A stretch of DNA of 64,000 nt from an uncultured cyanobacterium (GTDB taxonomy: Bacteria > Cyanobacteriota > Cyanobacteriia > Cyanobacteriales > Nostocaceae): assembly GCA_963740315.1 (NCBI GenBank), contig CAVUDP010000002.1, forward strand, positions 2,944,001-3,008,000, given 5' to 3'. Positions 19,251 through 30,533 of this stretch are shown in pieces. The position numbers and the translations under genes are program-made. The notes under the pieces are model-generated. The model ran no database searches, had not been told where the DNA came from, and saw only the letters and a list, made by a program, of their open reading frames with translations. How positions within the stretch are numbered: position 1 is the stretch's first letter; the number at the start of each line of letters is the position of its first letter.

Positions 19251-21641
19251 TTACCGCAAATGATGACGCGCTGCTTCTAAAAGTAAACCTTGTTCGGCAC
19301 GGTAAATTGCCTGATATGTCCGCTGTAGTGCTTCTGGTTCAACGGATATAGAAGTAATTCCCCATTCCACCAGTTTTTTGATGATTTCGGGATACAATGC
19401 TGGTGCTTGTCCGCATATAGAACAAGGAATACCCGCTTGTTTCGCCATTTCAATTAGTCGGGATATGGCAGCCATTACTACCGGATGTCGTTCGTCAAAG
19501 CTTTTTGCTAAGATTGCTCGATCCCTATCCACTCCTAATAATAGTTGGGTTAGGTCATTAGTACCGATAGAAATTCCCTGCACTCCTGCTTTTACATATT
19601 CTGGCAGCAAAAATAGTACGCTTGGCACTTCTGCCATAATCCATAGTTCAAAATCTTTGATGTCGGTTAATCCTGCTTGTTCAACTTTTTGACGACAAAA
19701 AGCAAATTCTTCGACGGTGCGAACGAAGGGTAATATTAAACGAATATTATGATAGCCTGCTTGCTGTACTTTTTTAAGTGCTGTGAGTTCCATCTCAAAC
19801 ACTTCCGAATTCACCATGTAGCTAAAAGTACCGCGCTGACCTAATGCTGTTTGCGATTCGGCGGCTTCTAATCCATCATGCTTAAAGCTTGGTAATTCGT
19901 GGGTTCGCCAATCTAAGGAACGATAATAAACTGGTTTTGGAGAAAAATTACGCACGAATTCTAGTATTCTTTTTGTCCATAAATCCAGTAATTGTTCGTG
20001 CCTTCCATCTCTAATCCATGTATAAGGATTTTCCCGATTAAGTATGCTTAATACCATCAATTCCGATCGCAATAATCCCACACCATCCACCGGCATCGAA
20101 AGCGCTTTATCGATCGCCGCAGGCTGACTCAAATTCACCAGCAGTTGCGTGGTAGTCATGGGTAGATTTGCGGTTGCATGAGAAGCGGTAGGAGGAACCC
20201 ATGTTGCACTCGCAGTTAATGCTGTGGAGAAATTAGAATCCATAGCATCCGGCTCGCCTTGATAATTTTCTTCTACGATCGCATTATCAATATGCTCTTC
20301 ACCTGTATTAGAAGCAAGACGATGTACTTCCCCATTATCACCATCAATTAATAGGCGATCGCCATTTTGAAAAAGTTTTGTAGCGTTATCAACGCCGACT
20401 ACTGCCGGAATCCCTAATTCTCTGGCAATAATTGCAGCATGACTGGTTAAACTTCCTTGTTCTGTAATAATACCGCCTACTTGTTGCAGCACTGGCAACC
20501 AATCAGGAGTCAAAGAGGATGCTACTAAAATTGTCCCTAATGGTAGTTGTTCTATTATCTGTTGATTCTTAATTACAATCGCATTTGCCGATACTTTTCC
20601 TGTTGCTGCACCGATTCCTTTAATAGATGAATTATTAGAGAAAGTATGATTCGTTTTAACTGTTGTCAGGTAAAGCTTAATTGAATCTGTTTCTTGGATA
20701 AAAGCCCAATTTACCAAGCAGTCTTTACCTTGAGAAAGCTGATGCCCTAACTCTGTTATTTGTTGCAAATACTGTGGCGATAATACGTGTTGTTGCTGTT
20801 GTGCTGACTCTAAAAGATATTTTTGCAAACAAGTTTTTTCTAAAGTAAGTACTGATGTTTGCCCATGTTGCCCAGAAGCTCGATCGATTGCTGCGTCACA
20901 ACCATAAGCCAAAATTTTATTACCCAAATGCTGTTCTAATAGTGTGCCAGTTTTTGGTTCTATATAATAAACATCTGGCTGTATTTCACCCCAATCAATT
21001 GCTACTCCCAATCCCCAAGTTGCTTCAATTTCCCATCTAGAGGAATTAACGTTCAATAAACCGCTCGCAACAACATTGTTAACTGGTTGCACCAAAACGG
21101 CTAAATTTATCTCACGTAAGTCAATTCCTATTTTCTGCCAATAAAGCAAACTTCTTGCACTAAATAATTGACTCCAAATTCGTTTTAAAGAAGTGGCTAT
21201 TTCTTTCTCTTCGTTATAGCAAAATACGGATTCATACAGCCCGGAAATATTTCCCATTTTATGCTTCAATGATGGGACTGCAATACTTGGACGAAAAATC
21301 AAGTATGGACTTTCCCATGCAATTAGAGCTTGGTAGATTTTATCTTGGAAGCTATCGGGTAAACTTGAACTGATAATTTCTTGACGCAAGTGTATGGCTA
21401 CTTGCTGTAACACTCGCCAATTATCAACATCCAGATGCAAGGCAGAATCAGCTAATTCTGCAACTAGCGTTTGAGCAACACTTTCGTTTTCGAGATATTC
21501 ATCTAAAATTTCTGCTGTAATTACAAATCCAGGCATAACTGGATATCCCTGTTGCATCATCATGCCCAAGTTAAAGGCTTTATCGCCAACAAGAGTACGG
21601 TGTGATGGTTTTATCTCATTTAGCCAGTAGAGTTTATCCAC
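19251..21641 (-). CDS. PEP synthase / pyruvate,water dikinase-like protein with divergent N-terminal domain
   Basis: Phosphocarrier TSHAAIIARELGIPAVVG; C-terminal MAEVPS, SIGTNDLTQ, SICGQAP; N-domain VGDKA, PGFV. Confidence 0.85.
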   Translation of the reverse strand: MDKLYWLNEIKPSHRTLVGDKAFNLGMMMQQGYPVMPGFVITAEILDEYLENESVAQTLVAELADSALHLDVDNWRVLQQVAIHLRQEIISSSLPDSFQDKIYQALIAWESPYLIFRPSIAVPSLKHKMGNISGLYESVFCYNEEKEIATSLKRIWSQLFSARSLLYWQKIGIDLREINLAVLVQPVNNVVASGLLNVNSSRWEIEATWGLGVAIDWGEIQPDVYYIEPKTGTLLEQHLGNKILAYGCDAAIDRASGQHGQTSVLTLEKTCLQKYLLESAQQQQHVLSPQYLQQITELGHQLSQGKDCLVNWAFIQETDSIKLYLTTVKTNHTFSNNSSIKGIGAATGKVSANAIVIKNQQIIEQLPLGTILVASSLTPDWLPVLQQVGGIITEQGSLTSHAAIIARELGIPAVVGVDNATKLFQNGDRLLIDGDNGEVHRLASNTGEEHIDNAIVEENYQGEPDAMDSNFSTALTASATWVPPTASHATANLPMTTTQLLVNLSQPAAIDKALSMPVDGVGLLRSELMVLSILNRENPYTWIRDGRHEQLLDLWTKRILEFVRNFSPKPVYYRSLDWRTHELPSFKHDGLEAAESQTALGQRGTFSYMVNSEVFEMELTALKKVQQAGYHNIRLILPFVRTVEEFAFCRQKVEQAGLTDIKDFELWIMAEVPSVLFLLPEYVKAGVQGISIGTNDLTQLLLGVDRDRAILAKSFDERHPVVMAAISRLIEMAKQAGIPCSICGQAPALYPEIIKKLVEWGITSISVEPEALQRTYQAIYRAEQGLLLEAARHHLR

Positions 21642-22319
21642 TCAAATAATTCTTATTCCTAAGACGGGCTACTTTTATCGTTTGAAAACCTAGTTTTTGA
21701 TTAGTAGTAGTGGTGCTTTTGTGGTTTGGTCCTCCTAGTAATTGCTAATACTATATAATCCGATATTATTACTATTAACTTTCATTTAACTCAGACAAGA
21801 TTTTAATTGAATAATTTAAGACTTGCAAATTAAATCTATACAGAAAGTTTCTAAAAATTATATAAATTATTTTTTATTCCGCATCTATCTATAGAAGTAT
21901 TGTACAGCTAGATTATATTTTAAATTCTTGTATCAACAATAAACTAGTCTTCGCGGATATGATATTTCTAAAATCCGAGATCAATATTTAACTTAGAACT
22001 GGAAAACCAATGTGCTGCTAATTTTCCAGGTGTATTTTTTATTTAAATATAAGCTTATGGGTTTTACAATTATATCACGGCAGATGAAGGGCGATCGGTC
22101 TTCTCATCTTAACCTTTACCAATTGTTTCTATACAAAATCTTGATGAGTCGGTTAATTTTATTCAAGTACTTACACAATTTTTTTCTAACTAAGTATATA
22201 ACTATCGATCGCAGATCGCATTCTTTCTATATTTACTATTTAGTTATATAGCAGTTCTTTATTCTCTGCTTTCTATTCCTTATTGAAACAAAATGTTTAT
22301 TGCACAAGTACTTATAAAA

Positions 22320-23453
22320 TTAAAATACAGTAGCTTCAGTTGATAATTTTCCTCCATTAACAGTAAGAATTTGCGAGGAATTTAACCATTGAGAATCGAA
22401 AGAACCCAAATGAGTAGTAGTAATCAAGGTTTGAAATCTATCTTGAATCGCATCAAGTAATTGATTTTGACGAGAAGGATCTAATTCAGCCAAAACATCA
22501 TCTAGCAAAAGTAGCGGTGGTTCCCCAACAACTTCTTCAATTAGCTGTAATTCTGCTAACTTCAACGCCAAAACCAAAGTTCGTTGCTGACCTTGCGAAC
22601 CATACTGACGTGCAGGAGTATAATTAATTGTTAATTCTATTTCGTCTCGATGGGGACCTACGAGAGTAGTACCTTGATGAATTTCAGCAACAGTTCGCTG
22701 TTTAATCTTCTCTAAAAAAGCTTGCTGAACTTGTTCGGGATGATTTTCTGATAAAGGTACATTCGGCGCATATTCTATCTGGAGATGCTCGGTAGAACCG
22801 CTGATATTAGAGTGCCATAATTTTGCGATCGGAGCGAGTCGCTGTATCGCACGTTCCCGTCGTCGAATTACCCTCGTCCCAGTAGTAACTAACTGAGTAT
22901 CCCATAGAGCTAATTGGGATTGTAAAGATTTTTCCTGTAAATTCTCTAAGTTGCTTTTCAAAAAAGCATTACGCTGTCGTAACACCTTTTGATATTGCTG
23001 TAAAATGTGAGCGTATACAGGTTCAAGTTGAATTAATAAAGTATCCAGCCATCTGCGGCGACCTTCAGGACCACCCCGCACTAAATCTAAATCCAGAGAT
23101 GAAAACTCTACCGCATTTAAAACGCCAAGAAAATCCATCTGACGGCGGAGATTTTCGCTATTAAGATTAACAGTGCGGCGACCGTTACGACGTAAAGTTA
23201 AAATAAGTTGGCTTACTCCAGCTTCTCGCTTTAAGCTAGCACCAACCTGGGCTAAAGATTCCTCATCCCTGACTAAATCCTTATCGCGGGAAGTACGATG
23301 ACTTTTTAATGTTGCAAGTAGCTCCACAGCTTCAAGTAAATTAGATTTTCCCTGAGCATTATTACCGACCAAAATCGTCTTTGGAGCATTAAACTCGACG
23401 AAAATATCTTTATAATTGCGAAAATTTCGGAGACTCAGGGTTTTGAGGAACAT
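22320..23453 (-). CDS. recF: DNA replication/repair protein RecF
   Basis: NFRNY, GNNAQGKSN, GPHRD, GSQGQQR, LLLDDVLAELD. Confidence 0.98.
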   Translation of the reverse strand: MFLKTLSLRNFRNYKDIFVEFNAPKTILVGNNAQGKSNLLEAVELLATLKSHRTSRDKDLVRDEESLAQVGASLKREAGVSQLILTLRRNGRRTVNLNSENLRRQMDFLGVLNAVEFSSLDLDLVRGGPEGRRRWLDTLLIQLEPVYAHILQQYQKVLRQRNAFLKSNLENLQEKSLQSQLALWDTQLVTTGTRVIRRRERAIQRLAPIAKLWHSNISGSTEHLQIEYAPNVPLSENHPEQVQQAFLEKIKQRTVAEIHQGTTLVGPHRDEIELTINYTPARQYGSQGQQRTLVLALKLAELQLIEEVVGEPPLLLLDDVLAELDPSRQNQLLDAIQDRFQTLITTTHLGSFDSQWLNSSQILTVNGGKLSTEATVF

Positions 23454-23459
23454 GAGAGA

Positions 23460-23765
23460 GTTAGTGGTTAGTTGTTAGTTGTTAGTGGTTAGTGGTTAGT
23501 GGTTAGTTGTTAGTTGTTAGTGGTTAGTGGTTAGTTGTTAGTGGTTGAGAATTATGAGTTAAGAGTTGTTATATAACTTTAATAGATTTTAGAATATTTA
23601 GCAGGTAAGTTTTAAGGCTTTCATAATGCGTCAGAATTTTTAATCTTTAAGCTTATTCACAATTAGCTTTATAGCATTACGCTCCGCTACAACAAACCCT
23701 CGATCGACAAATCCTATCAACTATCAACTATCAACTAACCACTATCAACTATCAACTATCAACTG
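23460..23765. repeat. Opposed STRR arrays (GTTAGTG/GTTAGTT)n at 23460-23546 and (ATCAACT)n at 23715-23765
   Basis: Two heptamer arrays of roughly complementary composition between the ATPase and recF. Confidence 0.85.
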
Positions 23766-26630
23766 TTAAACGTTTTTCTTCCCAATTGCTTTAAAGAAAA
23801 GTTTTTCCAACTCAACCCAAACAAACATTAAAGCACTAAAGCCCAAACAGATTCCTAATTCAGGCAAACTGATAAAGTGCGTACCGAAGAAAGCTCGTAG
23901 GGGTGGAACGTATACTAACATTAACTGCAAAATGGTAGTTAAAACAACAGCCGCGAGTAAGTAGGGATTTGAAAAAGGATTTATTTGTATAGTTAGTTGG
24001 TTGTTGGAACGAATTGCGATCGCGTGTCCCATTTGAGCAATACATAAGGTAGTAAATACCATTGTTTTCCAACGTTCGGGATCGAGTCCGTTTGCACTTC
24101 CGGCTCCTCCATGAGTATGGTAGTAAGCCCAGTTCATCAAAATAATCGTAATAATTGCAAATATTATACCGATGCGAATCATATACCAACCTAAACCCCT
24201 AGCAAAAATACTTTCTTTGGGGCTAAAAGGTGGACGCTTCATGACATCGGGTTCGGGAGGTTCTACTGCTAATGCTAAAGCTGGTAAACCGTCAGTTACT
24301 AAATTCATCCACAAAATTTGTAGCGGTGTTAAGGGGACACCTCCCATCGGTAATAAAATCGGTGCGGCGGCAATGGTAATAACTTCACCGATGTTACTAC
24401 CAAGAATATATTTGATAAAGCGGCGAATATTTGTATATACCACCCTACCTTCTTTAGTGGCAGCAACGATGGTGGCGAAGTTGTCATCTAATAACACCAT
24501 ATCGCTGGCTTCTTTACTAACATCAGTACCAGTAATTCCCATCGCAATCCCGATATCGGCTTGCTTGAGGGCTGGTGCATCGTTAACACCGTCGCCAGTC
24601 ATAGCAACAAATTTATCGCGACGCTGCAAAGCTTGGACGATGCGTAATTTATGTTCTGGGGAAACTCTAGCGTAGATGCTGACATTATCAACATTTTGCT
24701 CTAACTCAGCATCGCTCATCCGCTGCAATTCTTGACCTATCAATACTCTATCGTCAGAATTTGCAATACCTAAATCTGTGGCGATCGCTTTTGCTGTTAA
24801 TTGATGATCTCCGGTAATCATCACCGGACGAATTCCCGCTTCCCGACATTCTTTTACAGATGCTCTTACTTCCGGACGTGGAGCGTCGAGCATTCCTACC
24901 AATCCCAACCATACCAGTTGTTGTTCGTATTTTTCTTCCGAATTTTCTGGTGGTTTTTCCGCTAAAGGTTTGTAAGCGAAACCTAGAACCCGCAAACCTT
25001 CACCAGCCATACGCTCGTTTGCTGCTAAAACTTTCTCTCGTTGTTGTTGAGTCAGTTCAACCGCACTATTTCCCGCAAAAATCTGGGTACAGCGTTGCAA
25101 AATTAATTCTGGCGAACCTTTGGTAAACATCAAATAATTTTCATTATTTCTGAGGAGATTGCTAATTGCAGGATCGACATCGCCAAAAGTTGAAACACCA
25201 GTATCGATCTGTTCCACCTGACAAATTACGCTCATCCGCTTGCGTTCGGAAGAAAAAGGAAATTCACCAACGCGGGGTAATTTACTATTCCACTGGTCTT
25301 GTTCGATTCCCGCTTTTCCTGCTAATGTTACCAAAGCGCCTTCTGTAGGATCGCCGAGAATTATCCAATCACCTTTTTCCTGTTGCAAAACCGCATCATT
25401 ACAAACAGCACAAGGAACTAATAAAGGTGGAATTTCCGGATAATCTTCTACATCAATACGAGTACCATCAACCTCAAAATCACCTTGAGGAACGTAACCA
25501 TTCCCCGTCACTCGTAATAAATGCTGGCTGGTATAAACCGATTGCACCACCATTTTATTCTGAGTCAATGTACCAGTTTTATCAGAACAAATAGTTGTAA
25601 CAGAACCCAAAGTTTCCACCGCCGGTAACTTACGAATCAAAGCATTGTGACGTACCATTCGCTGAGTTCCCAAAGCCAAAGTCACCGTAATTACAGCCGG
25701 TAAACCTTCTGGAACCACCGCCACAGCCATACTTAGAGAAACTTTCACCAACTCTAGTAAATTCCCGCCACGCAGCAAACCGATAATAATTACCAGCGCC
25801 ACTAAAGCCAAAGAACCCCAAACCAACACGTTACCGAGTTGAGTCATGCGCTGCTGTAACGGAGTATCTTCTGTTTCCACCGCTTGCAACATCTCAGCAA
25901 TTTTACCCAACTCAGTTTTCATCCCGGTACGAGTTACCAAAACCTTGGCACGCCCTTGAACAACCTCAGTACCTTGGAAAACCAAATTAATTCTGTCACC
26001 CAAACTTGTTTCTTCAGGTAAATCAATTTCTACCCGTTTATTAACAGCTTCCGCTTCTCCCGTTAGAGCCGATTCTCGTATTTGTAAATTAGATTGTTCA
26101 ATTAAACGTCCGTCAGCTGCCACCTGTACCCCGGCTTCCAGCAGCATGATATCTCCCGGTACCAAATTCTTCCCTTCCACATCGAGTAACCTACCGTTGC
26201 GAATCACCCGCACGCTAGGAGAAGAAAGTTTTTTCAATGCAGCCAAAGCTTTTTCAGCGCGGCTTTCTTGGAGATAGCCCAGAATACCGTTAAGCACAAC
26301 GATCGCCAAAATTGCGATCGTATCTTTAAAAGGAACTTCACCCGGTTCTAAATTACCCGATTGTAGAGCCAGTAAATCCAAAACACCCGAAATAATTGCC
26401 ACAGCAATCAGCATCAATAACATAATGTTCTTGAACTGATCCACCAGAATTTCCCAATTACCTCGTCCGCTGGATTCAACTAAAACATTCGTACCATATT
26501 TTTGCAGTCGAGAATCTACTTCTTGGGATGTTAAGCCAGTGTCTGCATTACCAGAAAGCAGTTCTATTGCTTCATCGACTTCTAAGCTATGCCAAACGGC
26601 TTCTTGTTCGGGCAGAGAATGGGCAGACAT
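23766..26630 (-). CDS. Cation-translocating P-type ATPase, P2A (PacL-like, likely Ca2+)
   Basis: [39 protein letters not shown]. Confidence 0.93.
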   Translation of the reverse strand: MSAHSLPEQEAVWHSLEVDEAIELLSGNADTGLTSQEVDSRLQKYGTNVLVESSGRGNWEILVDQFKNIMLLMLIAVAIISGVLDLLALQSGNLEPGEVPFKDTIAILAIVVLNGILGYLQESRAEKALAALKKLSSPSVRVIRNGRLLDVEGKNLVPGDIMLLEAGVQVAADGRLIEQSNLQIRESALTGEAEAVNKRVEIDLPEETSLGDRINLVFQGTEVVQGRAKVLVTRTGMKTELGKIAEMLQAVETEDTPLQQRMTQLGNVLVWGSLALVALVIIIGLLRGGNLLELVKVSLSMAVAVVPEGLPAVITVTLALGTQRMVRHNALIRKLPAVETLGSVTTICSDKTGTLTQNKMVVQSVYTSQHLLRVTGNGYVPQGDFEVDGTRIDVEDYPEIPPLLVPCAVCNDAVLQQEKGDWIILGDPTEGALVTLAGKAGIEQDQWNSKLPRVGEFPFSSERKRMSVICQVEQIDTGVSTFGDVDPAISNLLRNNENYLMFTKGSPELILQRCTQIFAGNSAVELTQQQREKVLAANERMAGEGLRVLGFAYKPLAEKPPENSEEKYEQQLVWLGLVGMLDAPRPEVRASVKECREAGIRPVMITGDHQLTAKAIATDLGIANSDDRVLIGQELQRMSDAELEQNVDNVSIYARVSPEHKLRIVQALQRRDKFVAMTGDGVNDAPALKQADIGIAMGITGTDVSKEASDMVLLDDNFATIVAATKEGRVVYTNIRRFIKYILGSNIGEVITIAAAPILLPMGGVPLTPLQILWMNLVTDGLPALALAVEPPEPDVMKRPPFSPKESIFARGLGWYMIRIGIIFAIITIILMNWAYYHTHGGAGSANGLDPERWKTMVFTTLCIAQMGHAIAIRSNNQLTIQINPFSNPYLLAAVVLTTILQLMLVYVPPLRAFFGTHFISLPELGICLGFSALMFVWVELEKLFFKAIGKKNV

Positions 26631-26761
26631 CTTGTAGGTTAAAGGAAGTGGTTACAAGAAACAATCATAGCTAAAGCGTTGATGAGATAACCATTCAATT
26701 TGACAGTTAGCAGTGAACAGTGAACAGTGAACAGTTAGCAGTTAGCAGTTAGTTTCAATCG

Positions 26762-26840
26762 GCGTTGTAGCGATCGCATCTTGCTCGCTATATCTCTCAA
26801 GCTCCATCAGCGTTGTAGCGATCGCATCTTGCTCGCTATA
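26762..26840. repeat. Two 31-bp direct repeats GCGTTGTAGCGATCGCATCTTGCTCGCTATA (REP-like, HIP1-containing)
   Basis: Copies at 26762-26792 and 26810-26840 with a 17-bp gap; flanked by opposed (CAGTGAA/CAGTTAG) heptamer arrays. Confidence 0.85.
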
Positions 26841-26980
26841 ACGTAATCTTCTACCAGAACGGATTAACTGCTCACTGTTAACTGCTAACTGCTCACTGAT
26901 TACCATCCCTCAGACTGAAGACTTAAAACTAATTTTTGTGCCAGATGTTAAGTAGATGACAATTGCAGCAAACTTAAATT

Positions 26981-28099
26981 ATGGCACCTCAAACAGAAGA
27001 CTTTACCATCGGAGTAGAAGAAGAATATCAAATTATTGACCCCGAAACGCGCTCCCTTGCTTCGCGGGTACAGCAAATTTTGCCTTTTGCGAAGAAAACA
27101 ATCGGTGAAAAGGTGCATCCTGAAGTTCAGCTTTCACAAATTGAAATAGATACTCCTGTTTGTCAAACTCTTACTGATGTGCGTAGGGAATTGGTGCGAT
27201 TGCGGAAGGGAGTAATTGATGCTGCTGCCAAAGATGGCGATCGAATAGCTTCTTCGGGAACCCATCCGTTTTCATCATGGAAGGAACAAGATGTCACGCC
27301 CAAACAACGTTATCAAAATTTGATAGAAGAATATCAACAGTTAGGAAAAGAACAAGTTATTTTTGGCTGTCACGTTCATGTGGGAATTCGCGATCGCAAT
27401 TTAGCCGTTCAAGTAATGAATCGAGCGCGAGTTTGGCTGGCTCCGATGTTGGCGCTAACTGCTTCTTCTCCTTTTTGGATGGGTACGGATACGGGATACG
27501 CTAGCTATCGTACCGAAGTTTGGGGTAGATGGCCCATATCGGGACCGCCGTTAATTTTTGAGTCGGAAGCTGAGTATAAAAAAGTTGTAGAATCTTTAGT
27601 CAAAAGTAAAAGTGTACAAGAAGAAACCAAGATTTACTGGGATGCGCGGCTTTGTGTCAAGTATCCTACGGTGGAGTTTCGCATGGCTGATGTTTGTATG
27701 ACCGTGGATGAAGCGGTAATGTTAGCTGGATTAACCCGTGCTTTAGCTCATACTTGTCATGAAAAAGCAAAAAACGATGAATCCTACCCAAAAGCCCGTC
27801 ACGAACTGATCCGCGCCGCTCACTGGCGGGCTGCACGCTACGGTTTAGATGCAGATTTGTTAGATGTAGAGGAACAAAACGCCATACCCGCAAAAGAACT
27901 TATTGAAAAATTTCTAACCTTTGTGCGTCCATCATTGGAAGAATACAGCGACTGGGATGAAGTGTCTGCGATCGTCAAAGAAATAATCAACAAGGGAACG
28001 GCTGCATCACGTCAGCGCGAAATTTACAACCGTGCGGGCAAATTAGAAGATGTAGTTGATTATATAGTTGAGGAAACACAGAAGGGAATTGGTAATTGA
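26981..28099 (+). CDS. YbdK-family carboxylate-amine ligase (glutamate-cysteine ligase 2)
   Basis: FTIGVEEEYQIID, SGTHPFS, FGCHVHVG, SSPFW, YWDAR, TVEFR. Confidence 0.93.
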   Translation: MAPQTEDFTIGVEEEYQIIDPETRSLASRVQQILPFAKKTIGEKVHPEVQLSQIEIDTPVCQTLTDVRRELVRLRKGVIDAAAKDGDRIASSGTHPFSSWKEQDVTPKQRYQNLIEEYQQLGKEQVIFGCHVHVGIRDRNLAVQVMNRARVWLAPMLALTASSPFWMGTDTGYASYRTEVWGRWPISGPPLIFESEAEYKKVVESLVKSKSVQEETKIYWDARLCVKYPTVEFRMADVCMTVDEAVMLAGLTRALAHTCHEKAKNDESYPKARHELIRAAHWRAARYGLDADLLDVEEQNAIPAKELIEKFLTFVRPSLEEYSDWDEVSAIVKEIINKGTAASRQREIYNRAGKLEDVVDYIVEETQKGIGN

Positions 28100-28363
28100 G
28101 CATTGGTAATTGGGCTACCTCCCACCTCCGGTGAATGGGCATTGGGCATTGAGCATTGGTAATTGGTATACGCCCGCACGCTCCGCGTGAATGGTAATTG
28201 GGCATTGGGAATGGGTAATTGGGCATTGGGCATTGGGCATAAAAATTTTTCTACCCCCTCTACCCCCTCTACCCCCTCTACCCCCTCTCTCCCCCTCTCC
28301 CCATCTCCCCATCTCCCCATCTCCTCATCTCCCCATCTCCCCCATCCCCCCATCTCCCCCTTG
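28085..28363. repeat. STRR arrays (GGCATTG/GGTAATT)n then (CTACCCCCT)n/(TCCCCATC)n, with two small hairpin inserts
   Basis: Read directly; these arrays explain the low-complexity ORFs at 27987-28478. Confidence 0.9.
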
Positions 28364-28427
28364 TCAAATAATAAATATCGCAATTAATGCGGGTGCGTAC
28401 AAAACTTTGGAACGAATAAGCTTTAAT

Positions 28428-30106
28428 ATGACCACTGTAATTCCTTCTTCGACAGTTAGCCAGATGCAAATAGGGCAAAGGACTATTCGACCGTTTGCTG
28501 TTGCCGCTTTATACGGCATCGCATTTATTAAAGATACATTAATTGCTATTGACCCAAGACTTGGGCATCTGCTGCAAATCGATCCAACTAACGACAATAC
28601 AAAAATTATTAATTCCCATCAAACGCGGGAATTTTTGGATGTCACGGGTTTGGCAATGTGGTCCGATACCTTGTGGGTAACGAGAGGCAATAGCGTTTAT
28701 TTCTGCAAGCTAAATTCGTTAGCGCTAGAGCATTTTGCAACTTTACCTTATCCCGCCAACGGTATTGCTGTTTGGGATTCCACCGTTTACGTCAGTTGCG
28801 AAAAACTCGGTAAAATTATTATTTTTAACCGCAATACGCGCGCGGAAATTGCGAGATTTTATGCTCCTGGTGTGGGAATAGAAAACTTAGCACTCACCGA
28901 AGAAAACCTTCTAGTTTGCGATACCGTAGAACAATCAGTTTACTTCCTCGATCGCGCCACGGGGGAAATTCAATTTAGCGTATTAACTCCTTTTGATTCT
29001 CCTACGGGTATAGCAGTACATACCGATTCTTTAACTAACAATCAAACCCTTTATATTGCTTACTCATCCGAAGAACCTTACATTCGAGACAACCCCAACG
29101 CCGAACCAAACCACGAACTAACCTATCGCGATCGCGCTTTTATTCATCCCCTGCATTACCATTACGATCGGGAAAAACGCATTGCGCTTTCTAACGGTTA
29201 TTTAGTGGAAATGTCCTATGTAGAGCAAATTGACCCTTTAGAAGAAGTATATTTACAAAATTTAGAATGGCGCATCGCTTTACCTTCGGAAACCGAACGT
29301 CAAAAAGTAAAGCATATTGAAGCAATTGGTTTACCTTTTATTGAAGAAATAATCGACGGACAAAGGGTAGCCGTATTTAAATTTGATACCTCGCTCCTGG
29401 AGAACGTCACCTATTAGGTTGGAAAGCTATTTTAGAAGTACGCTCTATAAAATATCGTCTTACCCCGCGAGACGTAGAAAACGCTTCTTTATTACCGAAA
29501 GAATTTACAAATCGTTATTTAGTAGATGATGACGACTTAGCAATGCATACCGCTACTGTCCGCAATGCAGCGATTGAAGCAGTAGGCAGCGAAACCAACA
29601 TATTGCGAAAAATGTACAATATTCGCAACTATGTTTACGATCAACTATCTTACGGCATCAAACCCCATATTGATACGCCGGATATCGTTTTAGAACGCGG
29701 CATTGGTTCTTGTGGAGAATACGTAGGAGTATTGCTAGGGCTGTGTCGTTTAAACGGTATCGCTTGCCGTACCGTAGGACGTTATAAATGCCCTCCCTAT
29801 GCAGAAAAAAAAGGTGTACCCTTACAGCCAGACTACAATCATGTGTGGCTAGAATTTTACATCCCCGGCTTCGGTTGGCTACCAATGGAATCTAATCCCG
29901 ACGACGTTGGACGTGATGGACCTCATCCCACCCGTTTTTTCATGGGCTTAAGCTGGTTTCATATCGAAATTGGTAAAGGTATTTCCTTTGAAACCCTTTA
30001 TTCTGAAGGTAAACGCATCGAAAAAGAAAATGTTTCTATTGGTGAATTAGCAATAAATCACATTCGGTTCATCATCCTCGAAGAATTACCGCCATTTTCA
30101 GCTTAA
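28428..30106 (+). pseudogene. Transglutaminase-like protein with N-terminal beta-propeller-like domain; single frameshift at about 29390 (pseudogene or sequencing error)
   Basis: Adding one C at GATACC^TCGCT joins the ORFs (...FKFDTLAPGERHLLGWKA...) into 559 aa with GSCGEY, NHVWLEFY and MESNPDD; ATG at 28428. Confidence 0.8.
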
Positions 30107-30533
30107 ATCACAGAATTTTAAGGGTATCTGGGGATATGGGGAATACAGTTTTCCAACTCCCCATTCCCTTATCCCCTTGATTACATAAATCAACTTTATA
30201 AAGATATTTGGAAATTTTTTTTGGTTGTATAAAAATAAGTTGAAACTTTTTGATAATTCAGTATTATTGCTCACGTTGATTTAGCTATTTAAGGGAAATA
30301 ATGCGAAGAGAGAATATTTTTTACAAGTGTTTAATTAGAGTTTTCGGGTGTAGTGTAAAAACTTAACATCAATGATAAGTCTTAGATGTTATGTAAAAAT
30401 AAAAAAAAAGTGGTAATTATAATTTATATATATACAATTACCTTGAATATTCTTAAATAATCAGCGCATATTATTTTTAAATATCAAAACGCTTGCTGAT
30501 ATTGCTGAATGTATAAAAAACGGTAATAAAAAC

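Noticed and set aside
22012..22251. 79-aa ORF between the PPS-like gene and recF
   Set aside because: AT-rich chance ORF with F/Y/I/K bias, GTG start and no RBS.
23860..25821. Antisense and alternate-frame ORFs within the P-type ATPase (and similar ones inside polA, ndhF, GHL10, GT2)
   Set aside because: Shadow ORFs of long conserved genes with no independent coding signal.
26762..26840. Mini-CRISPR (two 31-bp repeats)
   Set aside because: Only two copies with a 17-bp gap; the repeat is a HIP1-containing REP-like palindrome.
27987..28478. Several short ORFs and the N-terminal extension of ORF 28191-29417
   Set aside because: These are translations of STRR arrays (Pro/Gly/Trp low complexity); the real start is probably ATG 28428.
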